Assembly (NCBI GenBank): GCA_964431555.1
Contig: CAYSJW010000033.1
Span: 9,389 to 73,388, forward strand
Length of the DNA: 64,000 nucleotides
Direction: 5' to 3'
Source of the DNA: an uncultured Gammaproteobacteria bacterium
Lineage (GTDB): Bacteria > Patescibacteriota > Microgenomatia > UBA8517
Position numbers and translations under genes: made by a program. The stretch's first letter is position 1. Each line of letters begins with the position of its first letter. Positions 39,208-48,470 of this stretch are shown here, in pieces. The notes under the pieces were generated by a model, which saw only the letters and a list, made by a program, of their open reading frames with translations, was not told the DNA's origin and did no database searches.

Positions 39208-39831
39208 TCACAAAATCTTATCAAAATAATTTTTAACTTTTTCTTCTAAAAAATTTTTAATCTCCTTCCAATTTATATACTTTACAAAATCAGGTTCTGG
39301 ATCATTTTCAGCATCTTGAAAATAAATCATAGATTTAAGGATAGCTAGTTTCTGAAATGAAACATCTTTATATTTTTTTTCAAACATTTCAAATATGTAA
39401 GAAAGAGAATTCCTTTGAAGAATAACGTAAATATCTATAAAATCTTTTTTAGATCCTCTGGAAGATATCGCTGATAATTTCATACAGGCGATATCAATTA
39501 TTGAAGCCATATAAATACCTTCAAATTTTATTAAATTTTTAACCAAAGGGTATTTATACAATAAAAAACTTACTTTTACGTCATCAATTAATAAATCCAG
39601 AGTTCCATCGGATTCATGAATTATTTTTGGTTTATATGGCTTTAAATTTTGTAAAATGAGATCTCTTTTTGGAAAGTTGTATGCAAAAAAATCTAGATCA
39701 AAAGATTTTCTATGACCAATTTGTAGAGCTAAAGCAGTACCACCTGCTAGATAAAATTCTTTTAAAATATCTAAATTCTTAATATTATTTAGAACCTCTC
39801 TTGTTTTCGGATAAAGGGTTTCTGGATACAT
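39208..39831 (-). CDS. AbiEii/AbiGii-family nucleotidyltransferase (putative toxin)
   Basis: FYLAGGTALALQIGHRKSFDLDF, MKLSAISSRGSKKDFIDIY. Confidence 0.88.
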   Translation of the reverse strand: MYPETLYPKTREVLNNIKNLDILKEFYLAGGTALALQIGHRKSFDLDFFAYNFPKRDLILQNLKPYKPKIIHESDGTLDLLIDDVKVSFLLYKYPLVKNLIKFEGIYMASIIDIACMKLSAISSRGSKKDFIDIYVILQRNSLSYIFEMFEKKYKDVSFQKLAILKSMIYFQDAENDPEPDFVKYINWKEIKNFLEEKVKNYFDKIL

Positions 39832-40082
39832 AGTACTTCCTTTTTATTGATATCAAAGTACAAAGAAAAAAAATTTCCTGTTTTTGGAGATATTTTTTTA
39901 CTACTTTTTAAAACTTCAACAATTTTATTTTTATTAATATTTTTTATAAGCCATCTAAAGGAATCAATATCTCCATATTCCAAAACTCTTTCAATAACAA
40001 AGGCATAATTTTCATCAAGATCTAAAGAATCAATCTTAACATCCCATAAATACTTATTTAAAAATGAAGGGATTTTATTCAT
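39789..40082 (-). CDS. DUF6922-like small protein (putative antitoxin partner)
   Basis: YLWDV..VIERVLEYGD motif; overlaps the nucleotidyltransferase start. Confidence 0.75.
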   Translation of the reverse strand: MNKIPSFLNKYLWDVKIDSLDLDENYAFVIERVLEYGDIDSFRWLIKNINKNKIVEVLKSSKKISPKTGNFFSLYFDINKKEVLCIQKPFIRKQERF

Positions 40083-40150
40083 TATTAAATTATATCATCA
40101 AATATAATACATCTATAAATTAAAATTTAGAAGATAAACATTTTTAAATT

Positions 40151-41695
40151 TTAAAAATTAGAATCCTTTTCGCTAAAACTTAATACTTCAAAACTAAAGA
40201 TATCGACGGAACTATCCTTATAACATTCTTTATCTAGATTTGCTTTCTGATGACAAAGCTGACTTAAATACTCATCTAAATTCCAATCAAATTCTTCAGC
40301 AACTTGTGGCAAAAAAGTACCGGCATTAAAACCTTTTTTCACTACAACTCCATCAATACCCAATCTTATATTTTTCCAATCTTTAACCTTTTTTCTCGGC
40401 GTCATAATAGATATTTCTATATCAATATCTTTTAATTCATCATATGTTAATGGTTTAAATCTTTGGTCCTTTGTAGCACTTGAAATTGCGGTTTCTTGAA
40501 TAACTTTATACATAGGTTTTGTAGGTTCAAATTCACCTATACAACCTCTTAAATATCCATTTTTTTTCAAGGTAACGAAAACTCCCATTGGTGTATTTAA
40601 TAAATGCGAGTCTTCTTTATAATTTTCTAATTCTCCCTTTGAAAGAAAGCTCTCTAGTGTATTTCTTGCCAATTTTAAAATTTTAATCTTATCTTGCTGA
40701 TTTACTCTTATAGTAAATTTTTCTAAGAAATCAGAATAACCCACAATGCTTACATATCCAACAACTCTATTTTTATCATTCGTTACATCCCCCGAATTTT
40801 TATAGATTAAATTTTTATAATTTTTGATTCCTAAAATATTTCCAATTTCTAAGGCTGTTTCTATCGCGTCTTTAGCACAAGCTGTGGTCACTAAACCATT
40901 ATATGAACTTTCATTAATTTCTTTTAAAGTATGTTTAAATTTTTCAACATCACCGTCTAATATTGAATTTATTGTTTTATAATCAATATTATTAGCATCT
41001 TCATACTTGGGATAATGTGAAAGATCGGAACTTACTACCAATAATGTGTTTTCATCGAAATTATATGAAAGCTTTTGAGCAAGCATCATTAGAAAATACT
41101 CATCTACTTGACCAATCAATATTGGAGTAATTTTAAAATCATTTAAAACAGATTGTAGGAAGATTAGCTCAATTTCCAAAGAATGTTCTTCTGAATGAGG
41201 ACTGGAATCTAATTTTACAGAATCATTGTTAACCAATGACTTAATTAAGTCCTTATCTAATTCTACTTTTCCTAAAGGAGTTTCCCAATAATCATTGTCA
41301 TCAATTGCAATAAAATTAAAGCTTCTTTTATGACTTGAACCCAAAAGAATAACTTTAGAATAATTATTATCTTTTAATTGCTTATAACCATAAGCTGCAA
41401 CTTGTCCAGAATAGGATAATCCTGCGTGAGGTGTAATTAATATTCTAATTTTTTCCTTAATTTCAAAATTTTCTGCATTATTAAGAAAAATTGATATCTG
41501 TTTTTCAAGATCTTCTTTCTTAGATGGATAAAAAGTTCCTGAAACAGCAGGTTTCCTTATCCTTTCAAAATTTCTATTTACTTCTGGAACCTTAATGTCA
41601 ATTTGATTTTTTTTGTTTAAATAAAATATCCAAAAAATAAGAAATATAAATAGAAAGAAGATAAGAATTTTAATAAAATATCTTATAGATAACAT
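40151..41695 (-). CDS. AmmeMemoRadiSam protein B (MEMO-like) plus protein A (AMMECR1) fusion with N-terminal TM
   Basis: RKPAVSGTFYP, PHAGLSYSG, EHSLE, SSDLSHY, NSGD; GVFVTL..LRGCIG, TFLPQVA. Confidence 0.9.
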   Translation of the reverse strand: MLSIRYFIKILIFFLFIFLIFWIFYLNKKNQIDIKVPEVNRNFERIRKPAVSGTFYPSKKEDLEKQISIFLNNAENFEIKEKIRILITPHAGLSYSGQVAAYGYKQLKDNNYSKVILLGSSHKRSFNFIAIDDNDYWETPLGKVELDKDLIKSLVNNDSVKLDSSPHSEEHSLEIELIFLQSVLNDFKITPILIGQVDEYFLMMLAQKLSYNFDENTLLVVSSDLSHYPKYEDANNIDYKTINSILDGDVEKFKHTLKEINESSYNGLVTTACAKDAIETALEIGNILGIKNYKNLIYKNSGDVTNDKNRVVGYVSIVGYSDFLEKFTIRVNQQDKIKILKLARNTLESFLSKGELENYKEDSHLLNTPMGVFVTLKKNGYLRGCIGEFEPTKPMYKVIQETAISSATKDQRFKPLTYDELKDIDIEISIMTPRKKVKDWKNIRLGIDGVVVKKGFNAGTFLPQVAEEFDWNLDEYLSQLCHQKANLDKECYKDSSVDIFSFEVLSFSEKDSNF

Positions 41696-41763
41696 TTTTA
41701 TAAGAATATTTTTACAACTTTTTTAAGTTAAAATTAATACATTTAATAGTATTTAAAAATATA

Positions 41764-43377
41764 ATGTCCATAAAAATATATAAATATATTATAGCTACTA
41801 TATTAATTATATTCTTAGTACTATTAATTTTTACAAATTCAATAAATACTTTAATTCCAAGCAGGGATTCAGGTACCTTTCTTTATGCAGGAAAAGAAAT
41901 TCTTCAAGGCAAAATTCCATATAAAGACTTTTGGGAACACAAAACTCCCCTGATATTCCTAATCAACGCTTTTGCATTAAAACTTTTTAATGGAGACTTC
42001 TGGGGATTATGGATTATCGAATTAATATTTTTATTCCTTTCTTTGTTATTATTTTTTATATTAACAAACAAGATATTTATATTTAATAATTCTATTATAG
42101 GACTAATATTTATTTCTTATTATCTAATAAAATTTTTAGAAGGAGGTAATAGGGTAGAAGAATTTGCTATATTATTTCAAATTGTTATATTAGTATTATT
42201 TTACAATTCACATAATACTTCTAAAATAAAGTCTATTAAAATTTATTCATTTATTACTGGAGTTTTTACTGCTTTTCTTTTCCTTTTAAGACCAAATTTA
42301 ATAGGTATATTTCTTTCAATATTAATAACTAATTCATTCTTACTCTTAAAAGATAATTATAAAAAATATATTAATAACATTATTTTTGTAATTTTAGGTA
42401 TTTCATTACCAATTATTTCCATAATTGTCTTTTTCTCATATAAATCTGCAATAATTGATTTTTTTGATCAAACAATAATCTTTAATATTATTTATTCAGA
42501 TTCAAATATTGAAAAAAAAATTATCTCCATTTTGAACTTCATTAGAACGAACTATAATGTTTTCATTTTAACTTTTATAGGGTATATATTACTTTTAAAG
42601 GAAAAAAAGAAAAATATTATAGTAACATTATCTTCTATATGGCTCCCAATTGAAATTATTTTTTCTTCAATTTCTGGAAGAGAATATAAACATTATTATT
42701 TATCACTTTTAATACCGCTTATTATTCTATTAATTTATCCATTAAATAAATTATTTTCTAAATTAGACAAAATAACAAATAAAAATATTTTTAAAATTTC
42801 TATATTAAATGTATTCATAATTATATCTTTATATTTTATTTTCTTTAACAAAGAAATCATTAAAATATTTATAAATTTTGATGAGAAAAAACCTTTTGAT
42901 AGAAATTTTAACTTTCGTTCATTTCTTTATAACAATTTTGATGAACATAAGGATACGATTTCAATTATTAAAAAGGAAACCACCAATTATGACAAAATAA
43001 TTATCTGGGGAAGCGAGCCATCTTTGTACCTTATATCAAATCGAGTTTCAGCCTCAAAATACTTTTACCAATTTCGTCTTTTTCATCCAAATTACGATGT
43101 AGATGGTCACCACATAAACAGGTTTATATATGAAGTCAAATACAATTTACCAAAGTTAATTATCGATGCTTCAGAAAGTACATACGATAAAGATATCGGT
43201 GAATATTCAGCATTACCTCCTTTAGACAAAGAAAAGATGTTGAAATGGAAAGAAAAATCCAATTACAAAAATTATTATATATTGGACGAACTTGTAAATT
43301 TTATAGAAGAAAACTATTTATTTATTTCAAAAACTTACCACAATAAATGGTTAGTTTATAAACTGAATAATTTGTAA
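41764..43377 (+). CDS. GT-C fold membrane glycosyltransferase (ArnT/PMT-like)
   Basis: RDSGTFLY..GKIPYKDFWEHKTP loop, about 12 TMs. Confidence 0.75.
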   Translation: MSIKIYKYIIATILIIFLVLLIFTNSINTLIPSRDSGTFLYAGKEILQGKIPYKDFWEHKTPLIFLINAFALKLFNGDFWGLWIIELIFLFLSLLLFFILTNKIFIFNNSIIGLIFISYYLIKFLEGGNRVEEFAILFQIVILVLFYNSHNTSKIKSIKIYSFITGVFTAFLFLLRPNLIGIFLSILITNSFLLLKDNYKKYINNIIFVILGISLPIISIIVFFSYKSAIIDFFDQTIIFNIIYSDSNIEKKIISILNFIRTNYNVFILTFIGYILLLKEKKKNIIVTLSSIWLPIEIIFSSISGREYKHYYLSLLIPLIILLIYPLNKLFSKLDKITNKNIFKISILNVFIIISLYFIFFNKEIIKIFINFDEKKPFDRNFNFRSFLYNNFDEHKDTISIIKKETTNYDKIIIWGSEPSLYLISNRVSASKYFYQFRLFHPNYDVDGHHINRFIYEVKYNLPKLIIDASESTYDKDIGEYSALPPLDKEKMLKWKEKSNYKNYYILDELVNFIEENYLFISKTYHNKWLVYKLNNL

Positions 43378-43407
43378 TAATTATATACTATATCAAAATT
43401 TACTTTT

Positions 43408-43484
43408 TGGGGTGGGTGAGCGGATTCGAACCGCCAGCCTCTTGCTCCACAGGCAAGCGCTCTAACCATTAAGCTACACCCACC
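43408..43484 (-). tRNA. tRNA-His(GTG) with encoded G-1 and CCA
   Basis: Cloverleaf; CTTGC-ct GTG ga-GCAAG; G-1:C73. Confidence 0.95.
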
Positions 43485-43575
43485 ATTATATAAATTTTAC
43501 TCCAATTTATAACTTTTTTAAATAAAAGTCTTTTTCTATTGAAATTATATTCTAAATAGTTTAATAATTAATTAT

Positions 43576-43893
43576 ATGATTGATATCACTATATCAACAA
43601 TTGTTGGATATCACTTAATGAAACTCATAAGTCACCCTAAATCCAAAATACGCAAAAAATTACCATTAATAAAAATTAAATTTATACAACTGTCGCCAAA
43701 TTTAACTTTCGCTGTAAAAGGAAAGGTAATATGGTTTCACCATTGGATTTGCTTCTCGGTAATACTGATAATATCAATAATTGTTGATAAAGGTTTCCTT
43801 TCCTTACCTTTGATTAAAGGTGCTTTATTGGGGGGTATCATACAGGGATTTACCTATCCGGACTGGAAAAGAATCATACAAAATAAAAAATAA
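43576..43893 (+). CDS. Small hypothetical membrane protein
   Basis: WFHHW motif, two TMs, GIIQGFTYPD. Confidence 0.65.
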   Translation: MIDITISTIVGYHLMKLISHPKSKIRKKLPLIKIKFIQLSPNLTFAVKGKVIWFHHWICFSVILIISIIVDKGFLSLPLIKGALLGGIIQGFTYPDWKRIIQNKK

Positions 43894-43963
43894 AAGTATT
43901 AATTTTCTAGTAATTGACAAGATATAATTAAATATTTCAAAATTAAAATATAAATCTTAAAAA

Positions 43964-44767
43964 ATGAAGTTAAAAGATAAAAAACCAAAAATTAAAGTTG
44001 AAGAATTAAAAGAAGAATCCACAAATATATCATCCGGGAATATTGATACAACTAAAATTACATCATTTAGTCAACTAGATTCTATACCTCCAACTATTTC
44101 AGATTCTAAAGATTCTCAACTTAAAAATAATCTTAATGAAGAAATCAACGAAAATGACACATCCCTAAATAACATAAATGATATAGAAAAAAGTTCAGAT
44201 AGTGACAAAACTACGTCAGAAAATGAAAAAATATCTTCTGAAGAAGTAAAAGAATGGCTAAAAGATGTACGACCAGATACAACAAAAGAAAACCAAAAGG
44301 GGAGAGGTATTGGAGGAAAGGTTTTTTTTATAGTTATAACTCTATTCTTGTTAGGTGCTATATCAGGTGGATTTATTTATTTTCAGAAAGGTGTTAACAA
44401 ACCTTCTATAAATCCAACACCAACAGAAACCCCAAAAATTACACCTACAATTACTAAAGCTCCTGAAGAGATTGTCAATTTGAAGAATATCTCCATAAAT
44501 GTTTTAAACGGATCAGGGATTTCTGGTGAAGCAGGTAGAGTAAAGGACCTACTAATAAAAGGTGGCTTCGATAATGATAAAATAAAAACAGGTAATGCAG
44601 ACTCTTACGACTACTCGAATATAAATTTAAGCGCGAAAGAAAATATTTCAAATAAAGTCTTAGACATTATTAAAGATACATTAAAAGATAAATACAAAAT
44701 TTCTAAAGATATAAAAACTCTTAATGAAGAATCAAATTTTGATATTGAAATTATTGTTGGAAAGTAA
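43964..44767 (+). CDS. LytR C-terminal domain-containing membrane protein
   Basis: TM, Pro/Thr linker, VLNGSGISGEA..GNAD..IIVGK. Confidence 0.82.
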   Translation: MKLKDKKPKIKVEELKEESTNISSGNIDTTKITSFSQLDSIPPTISDSKDSQLKNNLNEEINENDTSLNNINDIEKSSDSDKTTSENEKISSEEVKEWLKDVRPDTTKENQKGRGIGGKVFFIVITLFLLGAISGGFIYFQKGVNKPSINPTPTETPKITPTITKAPEEIVNLKNISINVLNGSGISGEAGRVKDLLIKGGFDNDKIKTGNADSYDYSNINLSAKENISNKVLDIIKDTLKDKYKISKDIKTLNEESNFDIEIIVGK

Positions 44768-44920
44768 ATCTATACCCTAGTATTTATAAATTTTTATATT
44801 CTTCTTGAATCTTGATATAATATAACGAACAATTAATATTAAAATAATTCTTAAATTAGATTTGTAAAAAAAGTATTTTCAATTGTAAAATATTATTTTG
44901 TTAGGTTATTATCTTTAAAA

Positions 44921-45005
44921 GCCGAGGTGGCGGAATGGTATACGCGCAAGACTTAAAATCTTGTGTCACAATTGTGATGTGCGGGTTCGAGTCCCGCCCT
45001 CGGCA
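44921..45005 (+). tRNA. tRNA-Leu(TAA)
   Basis: CAAGA-ct TAA aa-TCTTG, long variable arm. Confidence 0.95.
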
Positions 45006-45054
45006 CATCAAATTAATTTTTTAGATATTAATCCTCTTTTTAAAATATTACTTT

Positions 45055-45127
45055 CGGGGATTGGCTCAGTTGGTAGAGCGCACGGTTTGGGACCGTGAGG
45101 TCGCCAGTTCGAATCTGGCATCCCCGA
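45055..45127 (+). tRNA. tRNA-Pro(TGG)
   Basis: CACGG-tt TGG ga-CCGTG. Confidence 0.95.
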
Positions 45128-45199
45128 CATTATAATAAGTAAAAAAATATAAAAAAATATTGTACGTTTAAAAAATCTATATTATTATATTTAAATTTC

Positions 45200-45270
45200 G
45201 CGGGATTAGTTGAGCGGTTCAACACCTCCCTTCCAAGGAGGAAAGACGGGTTCGACTCCCGTATCCCGCT
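45200..45270 (+). tRNA. tRNA-Gly(TCC)
   Basis: CCTCC-ct TCC aa-GGAGG, U73; slightly atypical D-loop. Confidence 0.92.
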
Positions 45271-45286
45271 CAAATTAAATAAAATG

Positions 45287-46990
45287 TTATTGATTTAACA
45301 TTGATGATTCGAGAAAAGAGATAAAAATAGGGTGAGGAGAAAGAGGTCTGCTTAGATATTCCGGATGAAATTGAACACCGATAAAAAAGGGGTGATTTTT
45401 TATCTCAATAGCCTCAACCAAAGAATTAAATGGAGAAATACCCGAAATAATCAATCCATTTTTTTCAAAAATTTCCCGATATTCATTATTAAACTCATAC
45501 CTGTGCCTATGACGTTCATATATTAAAGTACCTGAACCTGAATACCTCACCTTTTTAGAAAATAAAGGATTAGGTAAAAACCAAGGATTATTCCTTTTAC
45601 CTCCGTATTTTTTATAAATACTTTCAAGTTTGGTACCACTTTTAACAATGCATGGCCAAGCTCCTAAACGAATAGTTCCGCCATATTGATGTTTTTTTAG
45701 ATACTCTTTTTGATTATCCATTAAATGTATTACTTTATGTGATGATTTTGGATTAACTTCTTGAGAATTTGCATCTTTAAAGCCCAAAATACTCCTTGAG
45801 AATTCTATAACTGCCATCTGCATTCCAAAACAAAGTCCTAAATACGGAATATTGTTCAATCTTGCGTAATTAACCGCCCTAATTTTTCCTTCAACGCCTC
45901 TTTTTCCCCATCCTTGTGGTACTATAATTCCACTAATACCGTTAAATATTTCTTTTATTTCAGAATCTTTTAAACTTTCTAAATCTTCTGAATTAACCCA
46001 TTTTATTTTTAATTTAACCTTTAATTTAAATCCCGCATGTTTTAAAGCTTCAACAACAGAAACATAAGCGTCTTCCAAGAGATAATCTCCTGTCTTTTGA
46101 TATTTTCCTACAATAGATATGTTTATTTCTTTAATTGATCGATCAATTCTTTTAATTAAACTTTTCCACTCTTTTAAATCGTTTTTAATGATTTTTATAT
46201 TCATTTTTTTAGCAACCTTTTTTGTAAAATTCTGTTCCTCCAATTTTAAAGGGACCTTATAAACAGAATCTAAATCTGGTGATGATATAATATTTTCCAA
46301 AGGAACACCTGATGCGAGAGAAATTTTTTCTTTTCTTTTTTCATCTACATCTTTTGAAGCTCTACATACAATAAAGTCAGGCTGTATACCCATTGTATTT
46401 AAAAAATAAACTGATTGTTGTAATGGCTTTGATTTCAATTCGCCAATATTGCCTGGAGTAGGTAAATATCCAACATGTATAAAGCAGATATTGTCTGGTT
46501 CTTTTAACTTAATCCTTCTTGCCGCTTCAAAAAACAAAAGTCCCTCATACTCTCCTACAGTTCCACCCATTTCAATTAAAATAACATCAGCTTTATTTTC
46601 TCTTCCTGCTATTTCCCATCTTTTTATAATTTCGGGTGGTATGTGGTGATACGGCTGAACACAAGCTCCTTCGTAATCCAATGATCTTTCTTTATCCAAA
46701 ACACTCTTATAAACCTGACCATTTGTTGTATAGTTATACCTAGACAAATTAGTATTAATAAATCTTTCATAATGACCTAAATCCTGATCTGTTTCTAACC
46801 CATCGTGTGTTACAAAAACCTCTCCATGTTCTAAAGGATTCATAGTACCTGCATCAATATTAAGATACATATCGCACTTGAAGGCTGTTACCTTAACACC
46901 GTATGATTTTAAAAGTAAACCCAAGGAAGCTGTAAATATCCCTTTTCCTAATCCAGATAGAACTCCGCCGGAAACAATTATATATTTCAC
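45287..46990 (-). CDS. pyrG: CTP synthase
   Basis: GGVLSGLGKG, ETDQDLGHYERF, GLCFGMQ, ERHRHRYE, QFHPE. Confidence 0.97.
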   Translation of the reverse strand: MKYIIVSGGVLSGLGKGIFTASLGLLLKSYGVKVTAFKCDMYLNIDAGTMNPLEHGEVFVTHDGLETDQDLGHYERFINTNLSRYNYTTNGQVYKSVLDKERSLDYEGACVQPYHHIPPEIIKRWEIAGRENKADVILIEMGGTVGEYEGLLFFEAARRIKLKEPDNICFIHVGYLPTPGNIGELKSKPLQQSVYFLNTMGIQPDFIVCRASKDVDEKRKEKISLASGVPLENIISSPDLDSVYKVPLKLEEQNFTKKVAKKMNIKIIKNDLKEWKSLIKRIDRSIKEINISIVGKYQKTGDYLLEDAYVSVVEALKHAGFKLKVKLKIKWVNSEDLESLKDSEIKEIFNGISGIIVPQGWGKRGVEGKIRAVNYARLNNIPYLGLCFGMQMAVIEFSRSILGFKDANSQEVNPKSSHKVIHLMDNQKEYLKKHQYGGTIRLGAWPCIVKSGTKLESIYKKYGGKRNNPWFLPNPLFSKKVRYSGSGTLIYERHRHRYEFNNEYREIFEKNGLIISGISPFNSLVEAIEIKNHPFFIGVQFHPEYLSRPLSPHPIFISFLESSMLNQ

Positions 46991-47049
46991 TTTAAATTTA
47001 AATACTACAATTTACACTTAAGTTGTCAACAATAAGAAAATATAAGATG

Positions 47050-47121
47050 TGCGCCTAGGGGGAGTCGAACCCTCATCATCGGTTCCGAAGACCGCTGCTC
47101 TATCCATTGAGCTATAGGCGC
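47050..47121 (-). tRNA. tRNA-Arg(TCG)
   Basis: CGGT-ct TCG ga-ACCG, A20 Arg identity element. Confidence 0.92.
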
Positions 47122-47165
47122 AATATTCTAAGAAATTATACATTTTTTAATATATAATTTCAGCT

Positions 47166-48278
47166 ATGATATATAATTCAAAATTTGAAAATATACAAAC
47201 ACAAATTTCAAGAATTGAAGAAGAAATACGCAAAACTCCTTATCACAAAGGCACAGAACATCATATCGGAAAATTAAGAGCTAGATTATCAATCCTAAAA
47301 GAAAAACTTTTAGAATATTCACAAAAAAAGGGAGCAAGGGAAGGTTACGCCATAAAGAAGCAAGGAGACGCTACAGTTATCTTAATAGGACCACCATCAG
47401 TTGGAAAATCTACACTTTTGAATAAACTCACAAATGCAAAAAGTAAAGTTGCTCCATACGCATTCACAACAGTTTCCGTAATTCCAGGTATGATGAATTA
47501 TAAAAATGCTAATATTCAAATTCTAGACGTTCCAGGCTTAATTGAAGGAGCCGAGGAAGGGAAAGGAAGAGGAAAAGAAATTTTATCAGTTGCAAGAGGA
47601 GCTGACTTAATTCTTATTATAGTCGATCCTGAACATATATCATCTATAGAAAGAATTAAACACACACTCGAGAAAAACGGAATCAGACTTAATCAAAAAC
47701 CTCCCCAAGTTGTTATTGATAAAAAAACACAAGGAGGAATAGTAATAAGAAGTAACATTTATCAAACAATCTCTAAAGATTATATAAAAGAAATTGCTCT
47801 AGAATTTGGCATTAAGAATGCTGAAATAACCATAAATGAAAATATAACTCTTAACAGACTTATTGATGCGTTCAGTAAAAATCGAGTATACATTCCTTCT
47901 TTAATCGTCATAAATAAAATTGATCTTCTCAACGATAAAAACCACACTAAGATTTGTACTGATGATTCAAATCATCAAAGTATAATACACATCAGTGCAG
48001 AAAAGAGTATAGGCCTTGATGAACTAAAAGAAAAAATTTGGGAAACACTCGAATTTATTACTGTTTATTTGGTTCGTCAGGATGAAGAACCCTCATTTTA
48101 TAACCCTATTGTTATAAAAAATGGAAGTACACTTAGAGATATAGCTAATTTATTAGGTACAGACTTTGTTGAAAATAAAAGAAAAGCAATAATATGGGGA
48201 AAACATGCTAAATACCCGGGCCAAGAAGTATCGTTATCAACAACCGCAGAAGACGGACTCCAAGTCAGATTTATATGA
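47166..48278 (+). CDS. DRG/Rbg-type OBG-family GTPase with TGS domain
   Basis: EIRKTPYHKGTEHHIGKLRARL N-terminal helix, GPPSVGKS, YAFTT, DVPG, NKID, C-terminal TGS. Confidence 0.9.
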   Translation: MIYNSKFENIQTQISRIEEEIRKTPYHKGTEHHIGKLRARLSILKEKLLEYSQKKGAREGYAIKKQGDATVILIGPPSVGKSTLLNKLTNAKSKVAPYAFTTVSVIPGMMNYKNANIQILDVPGLIEGAEEGKGRGKEILSVARGADLILIIVDPEHISSIERIKHTLEKNGIRLNQKPPQVVIDKKTQGGIVIRSNIYQTISKDYIKEIALEFGIKNAEITINENITLNRLIDAFSKNRVYIPSLIVINKIDLLNDKNHTKICTDDSNHQSIIHISAEKSIGLDELKEKIWETLEFITVYLVRQDEEPSFYNPIVIKNGSTLRDIANLLGTDFVENKRKAIIWGKHAKYPGQEVSLSTTAEDGLQVRFI

Positions 48279-48289
48279 AATAAAAATTG

Positions 48290-48362
48290 TGCCCCTGGGA
48301 GGAATCGAACCTCCAGTCTTTCCCTTAGAAGGGGACTGCTTTATCCGTTAAGCTACAAGGGC
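48290..48362 (-). tRNA. tRNA-Arg(TCT)
   Basis: TCCC-ct TCT aa-GGGA. Confidence 0.93.
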
Positions 48363-48470
48363 TTAAATTATTTCTGAAAAATAAACTAAATTTAAAAGTC
48401 AAAAACAATTGGATTATTTATAATTATTTATTGATATTCTAACAGATTATGATTTAATAATAAATATAAC

